In this document: positions 1 to 9,464 of the stretch, piece by piece
Layout of the letters: each line of letters opens with the position of its first letter
Numbering within the stretch: position 1 is the first letter of the stretch
Assembly (NCBI GenBank): GCA_965216325.1
Contig: OZ244160.1
Span: 32,001-96,000 of the forward strand
DNA length: 64,000 nt
From: Coraliomargarita sp.
GTDB lineage: Bacteria; Verrucomicrobiota; Verrucomicrobiia; Opitutales; Coraliomargaritaceae
Direction of reading: 5' to 3'
Position numbers and translations under genes: made by a program
Notes under the pieces: generated by a model
The model's input: only the letters and a program-made list of their open reading frames with translations
The model's database searches: none
Told to the model about the DNA's origin: nothing

Positions 1-44
1 ACCGGGATCCAGAGGGACCAGCATATTTTCTTTTTCTGACTCAT
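1..44 (-). CDS. 5' end of a gene running off the window (MSQKKKICWSLWIP...), possibly a cbb3 maturation protein (FixH/CcoH-like)
   Basis: ATG at 44 on the minus strand, basic then hydrophobic N-terminus, downstream of ccoG; product inferred from context only. Confidence 0.4.
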   Translation of the reverse strand, partial: MSQKKKICWSLWIP

Positions 45-60
45 TGCTTCTGTGTGCTGT

Positions 61-125
61 GTAGGGCCTTTGCGTGCAAAGTGCCGTTGCTGCTGTGGGT
101 GGCGTTGTGCAAGCACGAGCCCTAC
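61..125. repeat. REP-like palindrome (GTAGGG...CCCTAC)
   Basis: GTAGGG and CCCTAC termini with internal hairpins; same architecture recurs elsewhere in the window. Confidence 0.6.
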
Positions 126-170
126 GAGTTAGATGCTTTGAATATTAAGTGATGTAAGTTTGAACTGGAT

Positions 171-294
171 TACCCCGCCCATCGGTTAAGTCGATGACCT
201 CCCCTTAGCAGGGGAGGAGCTTTCTAGAATGACGTGGACCCAAAGCTCCCCTCCTTGACGAGGAGGGGTGGATCGCGAAGCGAGACGGGGTGGT
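171..294. repeat. palindromic intergenic element with CCCC(T)..GGGG stems
   Basis: CTCCCCTTAGCAGGGGAG and CCCCTCCTTGACGAGGAGGGG stems; outer ACCCCG...CGGGGT complementarity. Confidence 0.55.
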
Positions 295-305
295 GCTCGT
301 TAGCC

Positions 306-390
306 TCTTACTCATAACCTTTTAGATGACGTGTTGTGACGGAAACGGTGGGATTAAGATTAAGATTAAGAGTAGGATTAGGATTAAGAG
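306..390. repeat. degenerate hexamer array (GATTAA/GATTAG) with a short inverted partner
   Basis: GGATTAAGATTAAGATTAAGAGTAGGATTAGGATTAAGAG at 351-390; CTCTTACTCATAACC at about 306-320. Confidence 0.7.
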
Positions 391-1794
391 TTATTTGGAC
401 TCTTCGAGGAGGCGTGGATCGGGGCCGAGGAATTCGATTTTGCGGGTCATGATGGTCTTTCCGTCCTCGTTGCGGATGCTGATGTCCATTGGGAAGGAAC
501 CCTGATACACGCTGCGGTCAACGCTGATGATGACCGGGCGGACTTCTTCGCCCATGGTCTTAATCGTGGTTTGGTCTTCGCTGAGCTGCACGATGTAGTC
601 GGTGAAGACTTCGCTGGACGTGACGATTTGATAGTTCTGCGTGCTGGAGGTCTTGTTGATGATGCGCGCCATGAACTGGTTGCGCACGGTCTCGTCGTTG
701 ACGATATACGGGAGCCCTTGCATACGCACGACATTCAAGTTTGCGCTACGGATGCGGCTGGCAGAGAGCGTGAAGGCTGTTGCGCCGACGAGCATCAAGG
801 CGAAGTAAAGGAAGATGCGTGGACGTAGCAGACGCTTCTTTTGGCCTTTGAGTCCGTTGAGTGAGTCATAGCGGATGAGGCCTTTGTCGCGGCCAAGCTT
901 GTCCATGATTGTATCACAAGCGTCGATACAGTTGGCACAGCCGATACATTCCATTTGTAGGCCTTGGCGAATGTCGATGCCCGTTGGGCATACTTGCACG
1001 CAGCGGGTGCAATCCACACAGTCGCCGACGCCTTCTTTCTTGGCCGAGCCACGTGGCTCACCGCGACCTTCGTCGTAACCGATCACGATGGAATCGTCGT
1101 CAATTAGTGCGGACTGCAGGCGGCCGTAAGGACAGATGACCAAGCAGAGCTGTTCACGGAACCAAGAGAAATTGAAATAGATGATCGTGCTGGCGATGAA
1201 GACAAAAACGAAGGCCCCCCAGTGCTCGGTTGGACTGGTGCGCATCCAGTGGTAGAGCTCGGGAATCGAAATGAAGTAGGCCAGAAAGAAGTGCGCGATG
1301 ATCATCGAGATCACGACGTAGATGCCGTGCTTGATCAGGCGCTTAGTGATTTTCTCAGGACCCCATTCTTGTTTATCCAACTTCTTGCGTGCGGTGGCAT
1401 CGCCATCGATCCAGCGCTCGATGCGGCGATAAACTTGCTCCAGAAAGACCGAGTGCGGGCAGGCCCAGCCGCACCAGAGACGACCGAACAATGCGGTGAG
1501 GAAGAATAGCGAGAAGCCCAGCCCCGTGATGAGGAAGAAGGTCATCCACAGGTCTTGGGTCGCAAAGGTCAGCCCAAACAGGTGGAAGCGGCGGTCGAGC
1601 ACATTGAGGAAGACCGCTGGGTGCCCATTGATCGGAATCCACGGTAAGCCGAAGTAAATGCCGATCAGCACAAAAGCGAAGAGCCGGCGTGCGTGAGTGA
1701 AGAGGCCGTTGGCATCTGCTGGGTGCAGATAGTTGCGCGAGCCATCGCGATTGATGGTCGTGAGTGATTCGCGGATGGGCTTAACCTGTTTCAC
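391..1794 (-). CDS. ccoG: cytochrome c oxidase accessory 4Fe-4S membrane protein CcoG/FixG
   Basis: GRLWCGWACP, CLVICPYGRLQ, CVDCTRCVQVCP and CIGCANCIDAC motifs; downstream of ccoNOQP. Confidence 0.95.
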   Translation of the reverse strand: MKQVKPIRESLTTINRDGSRNYLHPADANGLFTHARRLFAFVLIGIYFGLPWIPINGHPAVFLNVLDRRFHLFGLTFATQDLWMTFFLITGLGFSLFFLTALFGRLWCGWACPHSVFLEQVYRRIERWIDGDATARKKLDKQEWGPEKITKRLIKHGIYVVISMIIAHFFLAYFISIPELYHWMRTSPTEHWGAFVFVFIASTIIYFNFSWFREQLCLVICPYGRLQSALIDDDSIVIGYDEGRGEPRGSAKKEGVGDCVDCTRCVQVCPTGIDIRQGLQMECIGCANCIDACDTIMDKLGRDKGLIRYDSLNGLKGQKKRLLRPRIFLYFALMLVGATAFTLSASRIRSANLNVVRMQGLPYIVNDETVRNQFMARIINKTSSTQNYQIVTSSEVFTDYIVQLSEDQTTIKTMGEEVRPVIISVDRSVYQGSFPMDISIRNEDGKTIMTRKIEFLGPDPRLLEESK

Positions 1795-1833
1795 AGGAGT
1801 GAAGGTGAGGGTGTATGTGAAAGTGTGACGATC

Positions 1834-1987
1834 ATCTTAATCCTAATCTTGCTCTTAATCGTAATCCCTTTCGTGCTCAGTTCGAATCTGTTTCACAGAT
1901 CCGCTACACTATTAATGACGTAGAAGAACTGCGAAGCCGTTTCTTATGTGAGAGATTAAGATTAAGCGTATGATTAAGATTAGGAGT
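1834..1987. repeat. inverted pair of degenerate hexamer arrays between ccoP and ccoG
   Basis: TCTTAATCCTAATCTTGCTCTTAATCGTAATC (about 1835-1866) versus GATTAAGATTAAGCGTATGATTAAGATTAGGA (about 1954-1985). Confidence 0.75.
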
Positions 1988-1994
1988 CGCGGTG

Positions 1995-2588
1995 TTACTG
2001 CACCGGCGAGGCTTCCATTTGGGTGCGGTCGTTTTTGCTGAGGATGTAGGCGACCACTTGGGTGATGCGCTTTTGTCCGAGCTGGCTACCCCAGGCTTGC
2101 ATGCCGGTCCCGGTGATGCCCTTGTCGATGGTGACGTAAATGCTCGCAGGTGCGGCACCGTGCACCCACTCGGCATCGACGAGATTGAAACCGATGCCAC
2201 CTTGTAGCTCGGCGCCGTGACAGGTTGCGCAAATACTTTGGAAGGTGGCTTTGCCCGCAGCGAGGAACTCGGCATTATTACTCATCTTCCAAAATAGTTC
2301 GTTGTCGGTGACGTCGATGGAGCCCGCGAGACGTTTGGCTTCAATCGCAGCAAGGCGCACATCGAGGCTTTGTTTGTCTTTGCCTTCGTAGGTCTTATCA
2401 TCGAGTACCAGCCAATAGACTGCTGAGAAGGCGATCACACCGAATAGGATGCAGAGCCACCAGCGTGGGAGGCGTTGATCGTATTCGTAGATGCCGTCGA
2501 CTACGTGGTCACGCAGGATGACACCTTCAGGAAGCTCTTCTTTGTGGAAGTCGTTTTCTTCGTCAGAGTGATGGTTATGGTCGCTCAT
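1995..2588 (-). CDS. ccoP: cbb3 oxidase subunit III, short monoheme form
   Basis: DHVVDGIYEYDQRLPRWW N-terminal motif, one CATCH heme site, distal Met in GMQAW. Confidence 0.93.
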   Translation of the reverse strand: MSDHNHHSDEENDFHKEELPEGVILRDHVVDGIYEYDQRLPRWWLCILFGVIAFSAVYWLVLDDKTYEGKDKQSLDVRLAAIEAKRLAGSIDVTDNELFWKMSNNAEFLAAGKATFQSICATCHGAELQGGIGFNLVDAEWVHGAAPASIYVTIDKGITGTGMQAWGSQLGQKRITQVVAYILSKNDRTQMEASPVQ

Positions 2589-2770
2589 GATTCGTTGGGT
2601 GTGGTGCCATTGTCGTCGTCTTCCAGCGGGAGGTGCCCCATGCGGTCGACTTCCTTCTTATTCTTGAGGATCGATGCGAGCACGATTCCCACAAAGCAGA
2701 GGAAGGTCAGCCAGAAGGAGGCGACCGGGATGATGTCGGTCCAGCCGTCGTAGATAATTCGTTTGAACAT
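2585..2770 (-). CDS. ccoQ: cbb3 oxidase small subunit CcoQ
   Basis: 61 aa, one TM helix, MGHLPLEDD tail, ATGA overlap with ccoP. Confidence 0.85.
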   Translation of the reverse strand: MFKRIIYDGWTDIIPVASFWLTFLCFVGIVLASILKNKKEVDRMGHLPLEDDDNGTTPNES

Positions 2771-2822
2771 GGCTTTGGAGAGTTAAGATTTAGGTTTTAA
2801 GTTTTAAGCAATGAAGGCGTGA

Positions 2823-5141
2823 TTACTTCGCAGAGGTTTCCTCGAAGGTGCCGAGCTTTTGCAGGTAAGCGATGAGTGCGACGATCTCCTTGTCGGGAGC
2901 GACGTAGATGCTGTCCTTCTTGAGGTTGGCGATGATGCCTGCGGCTTGTTCGTCGATTTGCGCCTGAATGTCTTCCTCGGAGAGGTCGATCGGATACGGC
3001 ACACCAAGCATGCGCATCGCATTGATCTTGGTCGGCAAGAGGTGGGTCTTAGCCTTCTTTTCCGCAAGGTGTGGATAGGACGGCATGTTGGAGGCCTTTT
3101 CAATGTCGCGCGGGTTCATCATGTGGATGTAGTGCCAGGTGTCGGAACGCTTGCCGCCTTCGCGGGCAAGGTCGGGGCCGGTGCGCTTGGAACCCCACTG
3201 GTATGGAAAGTCGTAGATGGACTCACCGAGGTGGGAGTAACCGTGCTGCTCGCCCTTGTGTTCGCCGTAGCGCATGACGTCTGGAACGAGTGTGCGGATC
3301 ATTTGTGAGTGGCAATTGTAGCAACCTTCACTGACGTAGATATCGCGGCCAACGAGCTCGAGCGGTGTATACGGAACTTGGATACGGCCTTCGATGTTGT
3401 CTGCGCGCTGCATGGTCACGGTTGGGATGATCTGGATCGCGCCACCGATGGCTGCGGCGATGATGGTCAGCACACTGAAGCCGAAGCCGTGGCTGAGGAG
3501 TTTGTCATACCAGTCGGACCATTTGGCCTGTGAGACTTCGAAGTGTCCGATCGCGACGATGGTGAAGAAGACCAGAGCGGTCAGGCCGATGATGAAGACG
3601 ATGCCGTCGCCAAAGATTGCAACCAGCATGCTGAATACGATGAGTAAGCTGTAGATGACCGGAGCATTGAGGAAGCTGTGGAAGCGCTTTTCTGGAGCTT
3701 CGCTAGTCTCGACGTTGACCTCGACGGTGCCGTTGACGGCCTTACCGCTGCGGGCAGTCATGAAGATGTTGTAGGCGAGCAAGCAGTAACCGACCACGTA
3801 GAAGACACCACCGATTAGACGCATGAGCATCATGGGCTTAATGGCCTGTAGGGTTTCCACGAAGTTGGTGTATTTCAGCAGGGTGCCGCCTTCGGTGGTG
3901 GCGTTGAGCATGAGGCCCTGCATGATGCCGGAGACCCACATGGATGCCACGTAGAGGAGGATGCCGACCATCCCGAGCCAGAAGTGTGCATTCGCGAGGG
4001 ACTTGGAGTAGAGCTTGGTATTCCAGAGGCGCGGTGCGAGCCAGTAGAACATACCCGCGGCCATAAAGCCGTTCCAACCCAGAGTGCCGCTGTGCACGTG
4101 GCCGATGGTCCAGTCAGTGTAGTGGGAAAGGGCGTTGACGGATTTGATTGAAAGCAGTGGGCCTTCGAAGGTCGCCATACCGTAGAAGGTCACACCAGCG
4201 GCGAAGAATTTAACGATCGGGTCGGTCAGAAGTTTGTCCCAGGCGCCACGGAGGGTTAGCAGACCGTTGAGCATACCGGCCCAAGATGGGGCCCAAAGCA
4301 TGAGGCTGAAGAGCATGCCGAGCGACTGGAGCCAGCCGGGCAGTGCGGTATTGAGAAGGTGGTGCGGTCCGGCCCAGATGTAAATGAAGACGAGCGACCA
4401 GAAGTGAATGATCGACAAGCGGTAGGAGTAGACCGGACGGTTGACCGACTTCGGCACGAAGTAATACATGATGCCGAGGATCGGAGTGGTTAGGAAGAAC
4501 GCCACCGCGTTGTGGCCATACCACCATTGAACCAGTGCGTCCTGCACACCACCGAAGATTGGGTAACTGTGCGTGAAGCTGGTTGGGAGCGACAAGTGAT
4601 TGACTACGTAGAGCATGGTAATCGTGACGATGGTCGCGATGTAGAACCACAGGCCGACGTAGAGGGATTTCTCGTTTCGCTTCGCGAGCGTCCAGAAGAA
4701 GTTGGCGGCGAAGACGAGCCAGATGACGGCGACGAGAATGTTGATCGGCCAGATGAGCTCCGCGTATTCCTTACCCCGGCTGTAGCCGAGTGGTAGGGTC
4801 ACGGCGGCACCGACGATGATCAGCTGCCAGCCCCAGAAGTGAATCTTACTCAGCAGATCGGAGGCGAGTCGCGCTCGGCAGAGTCGCTGCGTGGAGTAGT
4901 AAACACCCGCGAACATCATGTTACCGACGAAGGCGAAGATCGCTGCATTGGTGTGCAGCGGACGCAGACGCCCGAAGGTGAGCCACTCCAGATTAAAGCT
5001 TAGCAGCGGGAAATTTAATTGAGCGGCGACAAAGGCTCCGGCTCCGAGGCCGACGATGGCCCAGAAGATGGAGGCTACCATAAATTTCCTTACGGTATTG
5101 TCGTCGTATTCGATGGTCAGGGTGTTTGCTTGTGTATTCAT
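2823..5141 (-). CDS. ccoNO: cbb3 oxidase fused subunits I/II (CcoN-CcoO)
   Basis: GRLRPLHTN, WWYGHN, WAGPHHL and GHVH heme-Cu motifs, then EGCYNCHSQMIR and WGSKRTGPDL of CcoO; start moved to ATG 5141. Confidence 0.97.
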   Translation of the reverse strand: MNTQANTLTIEYDDNTVRKFMVASIFWAIVGLGAGAFVAAQLNFPLLSFNLEWLTFGRLRPLHTNAAIFAFVGNMMFAGVYYSTQRLCRARLASDLLSKIHFWGWQLIIVGAAVTLPLGYSRGKEYAELIWPINILVAVIWLVFAANFFWTLAKRNEKSLYVGLWFYIATIVTITMLYVVNHLSLPTSFTHSYPIFGGVQDALVQWWYGHNAVAFFLTTPILGIMYYFVPKSVNRPVYSYRLSIIHFWSLVFIYIWAGPHHLLNTALPGWLQSLGMLFSLMLWAPSWAGMLNGLLTLRGAWDKLLTDPIVKFFAAGVTFYGMATFEGPLLSIKSVNALSHYTDWTIGHVHSGTLGWNGFMAAGMFYWLAPRLWNTKLYSKSLANAHFWLGMVGILLYVASMWVSGIMQGLMLNATTEGGTLLKYTNFVETLQAIKPMMLMRLIGGVFYVVGYCLLAYNIFMTARSGKAVNGTVEVNVETSEAPEKRFHSFLNAPVIYSLLIVFSMLVAIFGDGIVFIIGLTALVFFTIVAIGHFEVSQAKWSDWYDKLLSHGFGFSVLTIIAAAIGGAIQIIPTVTMQRADNIEGRIQVPYTPLELVGRDIYVSEGCYNCHSQMIRTLVPDVMRYGEHKGEQHGYSHLGESIYDFPYQWGSKRTGPDLAREGGKRSDTWHYIHMMNPRDIEKASNMPSYPHLAEKKAKTHLLPTKINAMRMLGVPYPIDLSEEDIQAQIDEQAAGIIANLKKDSIYVAPDKEIVALIAYLQKLGTFEETSAK

Positions 5142-5194
5142 CCTTTGGAAAGAGTTGTTAGTATCCAGTTGTTCGTTGTTAGGGGCAGAGTAGC

Positions 5195-5449
5195 TCAGGT
5201 GTGGGTGGTGTGCTTCGTTGGAGCAGTTCTGACCTCCGCTCTCTGGTCGGTCCGGTTCACAATGTGCCCGGTCTTGTCGCATCGCTCGGATCTGGCGTTC
5301 TGGACTCGGGGCGTTTCGTTGTCGAAGGGGCGCAATGCGTCCTGTTCAGGACTGCTGAAGTGTTGGTTCTTCCGGTCGCCCAAAAAGAAAATCAGAAAGA
5401 GCACCGCGAGTAGCAGGCTCAGAAAGACGGTGAGCAGCAGGACGTTCAT
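5195..5449 (-). CDS. ccoS: cbb3 oxidase assembly protein, CcoS-like
   Basis: N-terminal TM helix followed by HFSSPEQDALRPF, directly upstream of ccoN. Confidence 0.65.
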   Translation of the reverse strand: MNVLLLTVFLSLLLAVLFLIFFLGDRKNQHFSSPEQDALRPFDNETPRVQNARSERCDKTGHIVNRTDQRAEVRTAPTKHTTHT

Positions 5450-5952
5450 TGCTTCGGCGGCGTCTGTTGCGTCTGCATGGCTGCGAAGGGGCAGTCCGTG
5501 CGGAATTGTTTCAAGTTACACTCTTCGACTTGCTGACCGATGAATCCTGAAAGTGCGTGGTTGATGAGTTCTTCGCATTTGGCTACCTCGATCACGGTGA
5601 ACTCGTGATCCGCATCCCAGTCCTCGTCGAAAACACTCATGAATGCTTTGAGACCGGAGTCGTGCAGTTCCATACAAACGCGACCACCGAAACAGCGCGC
5701 CTTGCAGGTGCAAGTCGCTCCGAGAAAGTCGTTTAGATGCATCTCGTCCGGGTTCGTGGTGGGCACGCGACCAGTATCGATGATTTTCAAGACTGTGTCA
5801 AAAGCCTGACCCAGATATTCATACGGTGCTACGCCGCTGGATTCGCATCCCACCTCATGGTGGCTGGCTGCAGGCAGCTCCGCCTCCGTCAACCAGTTCT
5901 CAATGATCTGGTCACGGTTGTCCCGAAGATAGCTGATAAGGTGTGCCTGCAT
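5446..5952 (-). CDS. hypothetical Cys-rich protein with RsbRD-N-like N-terminus, first gene of the cco operon
   Basis: LISYLRDNRDQIIENWL start; 8 Cys including CxCx3Cx5Cx3H; ATGA overlap with ccoS. Confidence 0.75.
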   Translation of the reverse strand: MQAHLISYLRDNRDQIIENWLTEAELPAASHHEVGCESSGVAPYEYLGQAFDTVLKIIDTGRVPTTNPDEMHLNDFLGATCTCKARCFGGRVCMELHDSGLKAFMSVFDEDWDADHEFTVIEVAKCEELINHALSGFIGQQVEECNLKQFRTDCPFAAMQTQQTPPKQ

Positions 5953-5978
5953 GACACTTGATTATTCCATAATCGCTC

Positions 5979-6021
5979 CTAGGCTGTCTTCGCATATTAG
6001 GAATAAGCCTACGCATATTTT
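5979..6021. promoter_or_regulatory. candidate AraC-family operator in the divergent promoter
   Basis: CGCATATT direct repeat at 5991 and 6012 (21 bp period); TAGGCT...AGCCTA inverted repeat at about 5980-6011. Confidence 0.45.
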
Positions 6022-6048
6022 CGCCAATATCCAATAAGACTAGTCATA

Positions 6049-6969
6049 ATGAGCACAGAAACATGCCAGATTTCAACGGATCTGCCCCGCATTGATGCGG
6101 CGCAGAGTCGGCATGTGGTCGAGAAACTGAGCTCGGGGCAGCTTTTTAAAGACTATGAGCGTGCGTTTAAAGACGCGACGGGTTTGCCGTTACAGATTCG
6201 TCCACTAGAGGCGTATAAGTCGGTGCTCAACGAGCCGGACGATGTGGGCAACGAGTTTTGCAAGCTGCTGGCGCAGACCAATCAGGGCTGTGCGAACTGC
6301 CTAAAGATGCAGGCCGACCTCGAGCGTGAGGCTGGTCTGGAGCCGAAGTCGCTGCACTGTTTTGCCGGACTTTGCGATAGCGCGGTGCCCATTCGGGTGG
6401 GCGACAAGTTGATCGCATTTTTGCAGACTGGGCAGATCTTACTGCACCAGCCGAACAAAGAGGAGTTCACCAAGACGACGCAGCAGCTGCTCAGTTGGGG
6501 CACTCAGGTGAACCTAAAGGCGCTTGAAGAAGCCTATTTCCAAACCAAGGTCTTTGATCGTGAGCAATACGAGGCGATGTTGCGTTTATTGAGCACCTTT
6601 GCGGAACACCTTGCGTTGATTAGTAATAGCATCGCGTTGGATGAAGCCAAGACGGAGCCGAAGCTGGTGGCCAATGCCAAGCGCTACATTCAAGATCGTT
6701 ACAACGAATCGATCTCATTGGACGAAGCGGCGCGTGCGGTCAATGCCAGCACACGCCATTTCTGTAAGATCTTTAAACAGGCAACGGGGATCACCTTTAC
6801 CGATTACCTGGCACGAGTGCGGGTCGAGAAGGCCAAGGCGCTCCTGCAGAATCCGCACCTACGTGTCAGTGAGATCGCCTTTGAGACGGGGTTCGAATCG
6901 ATCTCGCAGTTTAACCGCTCGTTCAAGCGGATTACGGGCAAGTCGCCGACGCAATTTCGGGAGGCTTAG
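6049..6969 (+). CDS. AraC-family regulator with PocR sensory domain
   Basis: FKDATGLPL, FCKLL..GCANC, CFAGLCDSAVPI and LQTGQ PocR features; C-terminal AraC HTH (IAFETGFESISQFNRSFKRITG). Confidence 0.92.
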   Translation: MSTETCQISTDLPRIDAAQSRHVVEKLSSGQLFKDYERAFKDATGLPLQIRPLEAYKSVLNEPDDVGNEFCKLLAQTNQGCANCLKMQADLEREAGLEPKSLHCFAGLCDSAVPIRVGDKLIAFLQTGQILLHQPNKEEFTKTTQQLLSWGTQVNLKALEEAYFQTKVFDREQYEAMLRLLSTFAEHLALISNSIALDEAKTEPKLVANAKRYIQDRYNESISLDEAARAVNASTRHFCKIFKQATGITFTDYLARVRVEKAKALLQNPHLRVSEIAFETGFESISQFNRSFKRITGKSPTQFREA

Positions 6970-6971
6970 GC

Positions 6972-7036
6972 GTAGCACGGGCGTCTCGCCTGTGTCAGTT
7001 TGGCCAAGAAAAAAAGCGGCAAGATGCCGCTGCTAC
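6972..7036. repeat. REP-like palindrome (GTAGCA...TGCTAC) between convergent genes
   Basis: GTAGCACGGGCGTCTCGCCTGTG ... GCGGCAAGATGCCGCTGCTAC. Confidence 0.6.
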
Positions 7037-7084
7037 TTTATGGAGAGTGACTCCAATCCGGCTAAAGCCGGGACCCCAACACGC

Positions 7085-7516
7085 CTAGCAAGGGGTCACA
7101 CCCTTCTTGAGGATGATGTTGCCGTATTTGGCAGTCTCGCCAGTCATGACGACGGCGAAGGCTTCCTTGGCGCGGTCGTAAAACGCGAAGCGGTCGATAC
7201 GCTCGGTCGCCGGTGCGTCGGGCACATGCTTTTCAATCGCTGCGCGGTAAGACGTCTCTACCGCTGGGTCGAGTGTGTCACCTTCGACGGCTGCCATCAT
7301 GAACAGTGGCGTCGGCACGTAGGCGTCCAGCTCGAGCAGTGGCAGGATTGCATCCAGCAGGTCCGGGATGCGCAGGCCGTCGGCACGAATGACGTGCGGG
7401 TTGAAGGATTCTGCAGGGAAGTGTGCGTCTGCGAGAATGATTTCGTCGCCGTGGCCCATGCGGGAGAGGGTGGCGAGCAGTTCCGGAGACATGAGTGGTG
7501 AGATACCTTTGAGCAT
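7085..7516 (-). CDS. fucU: L-fucose mutarotase (RbsD/FucU family)
   Basis: [47 protein letters not shown]; start at ATG 7516. Confidence 0.95.
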   Translation of the reverse strand: MLKGISPLMSPELLATLSRMGHGDEIILADAHFPAESFNPHVIRADGLRIPDLLDAILPLLELDAYVPTPLFMMAAVEGDTLDPAVETSYRAAIEKHVPDAPATERIDRFAFYDRAKEAFAVVMTGETAKYGNIILKKGVTPC

Positions 7517-7570
7517 GATTGTGAAGGCTGAAAGCTGAAACTTGAAAGAGAGACTATTGAGACAAAAAAG

Positions 7571-7634
7571 GTAGGGCTCGTTGTCCCCAACGAGCCGCCC
7601 CAAAGGACGGTTCGATAAGGATATCGAACCCTAC
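7571..7634. repeat. REP-like palindrome inside the fuc operon
   Basis: GTAGGGCTCGTTGTCCCCAACGAGCC ... GGTTCGATAAGGATATCGAACCCTAC. Confidence 0.65.
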
Positions 7635-7648
7635 CTATTTAAAAACGC

Positions 7649-9433
7649 TTACTTGTAAAGCGGACCGTATGCGTCGCAGGCGCGGAAGTCGGCACCTTCG
7701 AGGTCGGATGTGCCGAAGGCACGCCATGCGCTTGGACGGAAGACACGCTCTTCTTCGACGTTGTGCATGTAAACCGGAATACGGAGCATGGATGCCAGCG
7801 TGATGTAGAGGTGGCCGACGTGACCCGCAGTCATCACACAGTGGTTGGCACCCCAGTTGTTCATGACTTCGTAAGTGGAGCGGAATGCACCTTCACCATT
7901 GAGGCGTGGCGCGAACCATGTAGTTGGCCAGGTTGGGTTGGTGCGTTGGTCGAGTGCATCGTGCACGTCGTCCGGAAGATCGACGGTCCAACCTTCAGCG
8001 ATTTGTAGGCATGGGCCGAGGTTACCTGCAAGGTTGAGGCGGATCATGGTCGCCTTCATACCACCCTTGGTGCGGTAACGTGTGCTCAAACCACCGCCCG
8101 GGAAGTATTCCGTGATGGATGGGTGCCAGGTGGTGTTCTTGAGGCTGGCTTCCGCCTCTTCGTCGGAGATCTCCCAGAATGGCTTCATGGTTGGGTTGCC
8201 ATCTGCGTCGGTTTGATCACCGGTGCCGTCGAGTGCAGCTGGGCCGGAGTTGATCAAGTGGAGGAGGCCGTCTTCAGCAACACCGTCCAGCTTGTGGCCG
8301 CCTGCGACACGTGCAACTGCGTCCGGGCTCCAGTAAGTGCGGAGGTCGGCGAAGATCTGTGCGCTGTTGGTCAGCAATTGACCGAAGAGCATGCCGGCGC
8401 CGTTGAGGGCGTCGTTCTCAGTTGCGACGATGTAAGGTGGGCGCTTGCCGTTCCAGTCGAAGGACGTGTTGAGGATGGCTTCCATGAAGTCACCATTCGG
8501 AAAGTGGTCCGTCCATTGGCGTTGCCCTTGGAAACCTGCAGCGATTGCGAAGTGACCTTGGGCTTGTTCGCCATAGCCCGCTTCGGCGAGCTTGTCGTTA
8601 CCAACCATGAGGTCGCGGGCGATGAGTGCCATCTTGACGGAGTCTTCCCATTCGCTGTCGATTTGCTCACGGCTGCGCTTGGTGTCGTCGCTGTTGTAGT
8701 CGTCGCCTTCCGGGCAGTTTTCCTTCACCCATGCGAGTGCCTTTTCGAACTCGGCCTTGTCGAAGGTGCCCTTGCTCATGCGGCCAGCAAATTCGGCCAT
8801 GTCGATGGCTTCAACGCGCATGCCGAGGTATTGCTCCCACATGGCAGGATCGACGACGGAACCAGCGATACCCATGGACGTGCCACCCATGGAGAGGTAA
8901 GCCTTGCCGCGCATGTAGGCAACTGCGAGACCTGCACGAGCAAAGTTGAGGAGCTTCTCAACGACGTCTTCCGGCATGGTTTCGTCACCAGCGTCCTGCA
9001 CGTCCTTACCGTAAATACCGAAGGCCGGGATGCCCTTTTGAGTGTGACCTGCAAGCACCGCTGCGAGGTAAACCGCACCCGGGCGCTCAGTGCCATTGAA
9101 GCCCCACACCGCCTTTGGGCGGTGTGGATCCATGTCCATTGTTTCCGAACCGTAGCACCAGCAGGGTGTAACGGTCAGCGTGAGGCCGACGCCTTCGCGC
9201 TGGAACTTCTCCTCACAGGCTGCAGCTTCACGCACGCCACCGATGTTGGTGTCAGCGATCACGCACTCGACGGGGCTGCCGTCGAGGTTCTTGAGTTCGC
9301 GGCTGTAGAGTTCAGCGACACGCTTTGCCATGTTCATGGTGATGTCTTCGAGAGACTCACGCACGCCACCGAGGCGGCCATCAATGGTCGGACGGATGCC
9401 GATCTTTGGGAATGGGAATGGATGTTTGCTCAT
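7649..9433 (-). CDS. fucI: L-fucose isomerase
   Basis: [46 protein letters not shown]. Confidence 0.98.
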   Translation of the reverse strand: MSKHPFPFPKIGIRPTIDGRLGGVRESLEDITMNMAKRVAELYSRELKNLDGSPVECVIADTNIGGVREAAACEEKFQREGVGLTLTVTPCWCYGSETMDMDPHRPKAVWGFNGTERPGAVYLAAVLAGHTQKGIPAFGIYGKDVQDAGDETMPEDVVEKLLNFARAGLAVAYMRGKAYLSMGGTSMGIAGSVVDPAMWEQYLGMRVEAIDMAEFAGRMSKGTFDKAEFEKALAWVKENCPEGDDYNSDDTKRSREQIDSEWEDSVKMALIARDLMVGNDKLAEAGYGEQAQGHFAIAAGFQGQRQWTDHFPNGDFMEAILNTSFDWNGKRPPYIVATENDALNGAGMLFGQLLTNSAQIFADLRTYWSPDAVARVAGGHKLDGVAEDGLLHLINSGPAALDGTGDQTDADGNPTMKPFWEISDEEAEASLKNTTWHPSITEYFPGGGLSTRYRTKGGMKATMIRLNLAGNLGPCLQIAEGWTVDLPDDVHDALDQRTNPTWPTTWFAPRLNGEGAFRSTYEVMNNWGANHCVMTAGHVGHLYITLASMLRIPVYMHNVEEERVFRPSAWRAFGTSDLEGADFRACDAYGPLYK

Positions 9434-9464
9434 AATGATTGATTTTAGTGATTTTAACTAACTG

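Noticed and set aside
351..390. Short repeats as a CRISPR array
   Set aside because: 6-7 bp periods with no unique spacers and no cas genes
2823..5141. CcoN-CcoO fusion and monoheme CcoP as a novelty
   Set aside because: Already known architecture in several phyla, including Bacteroidota
5142..5282. 47-aa N-terminal extension of CcoN in the ORF track
   Set aside because: Overlaps ccoS; family-like sequence begins at ATG 5141
8123..9442. Long antisense ORFs (also 31681-32784, 36204-37187, 20523-21335, 10215-10958)
   Set aside because: Shadow frames opposite well-supported genes with biased codon usage; no recognisable motifs
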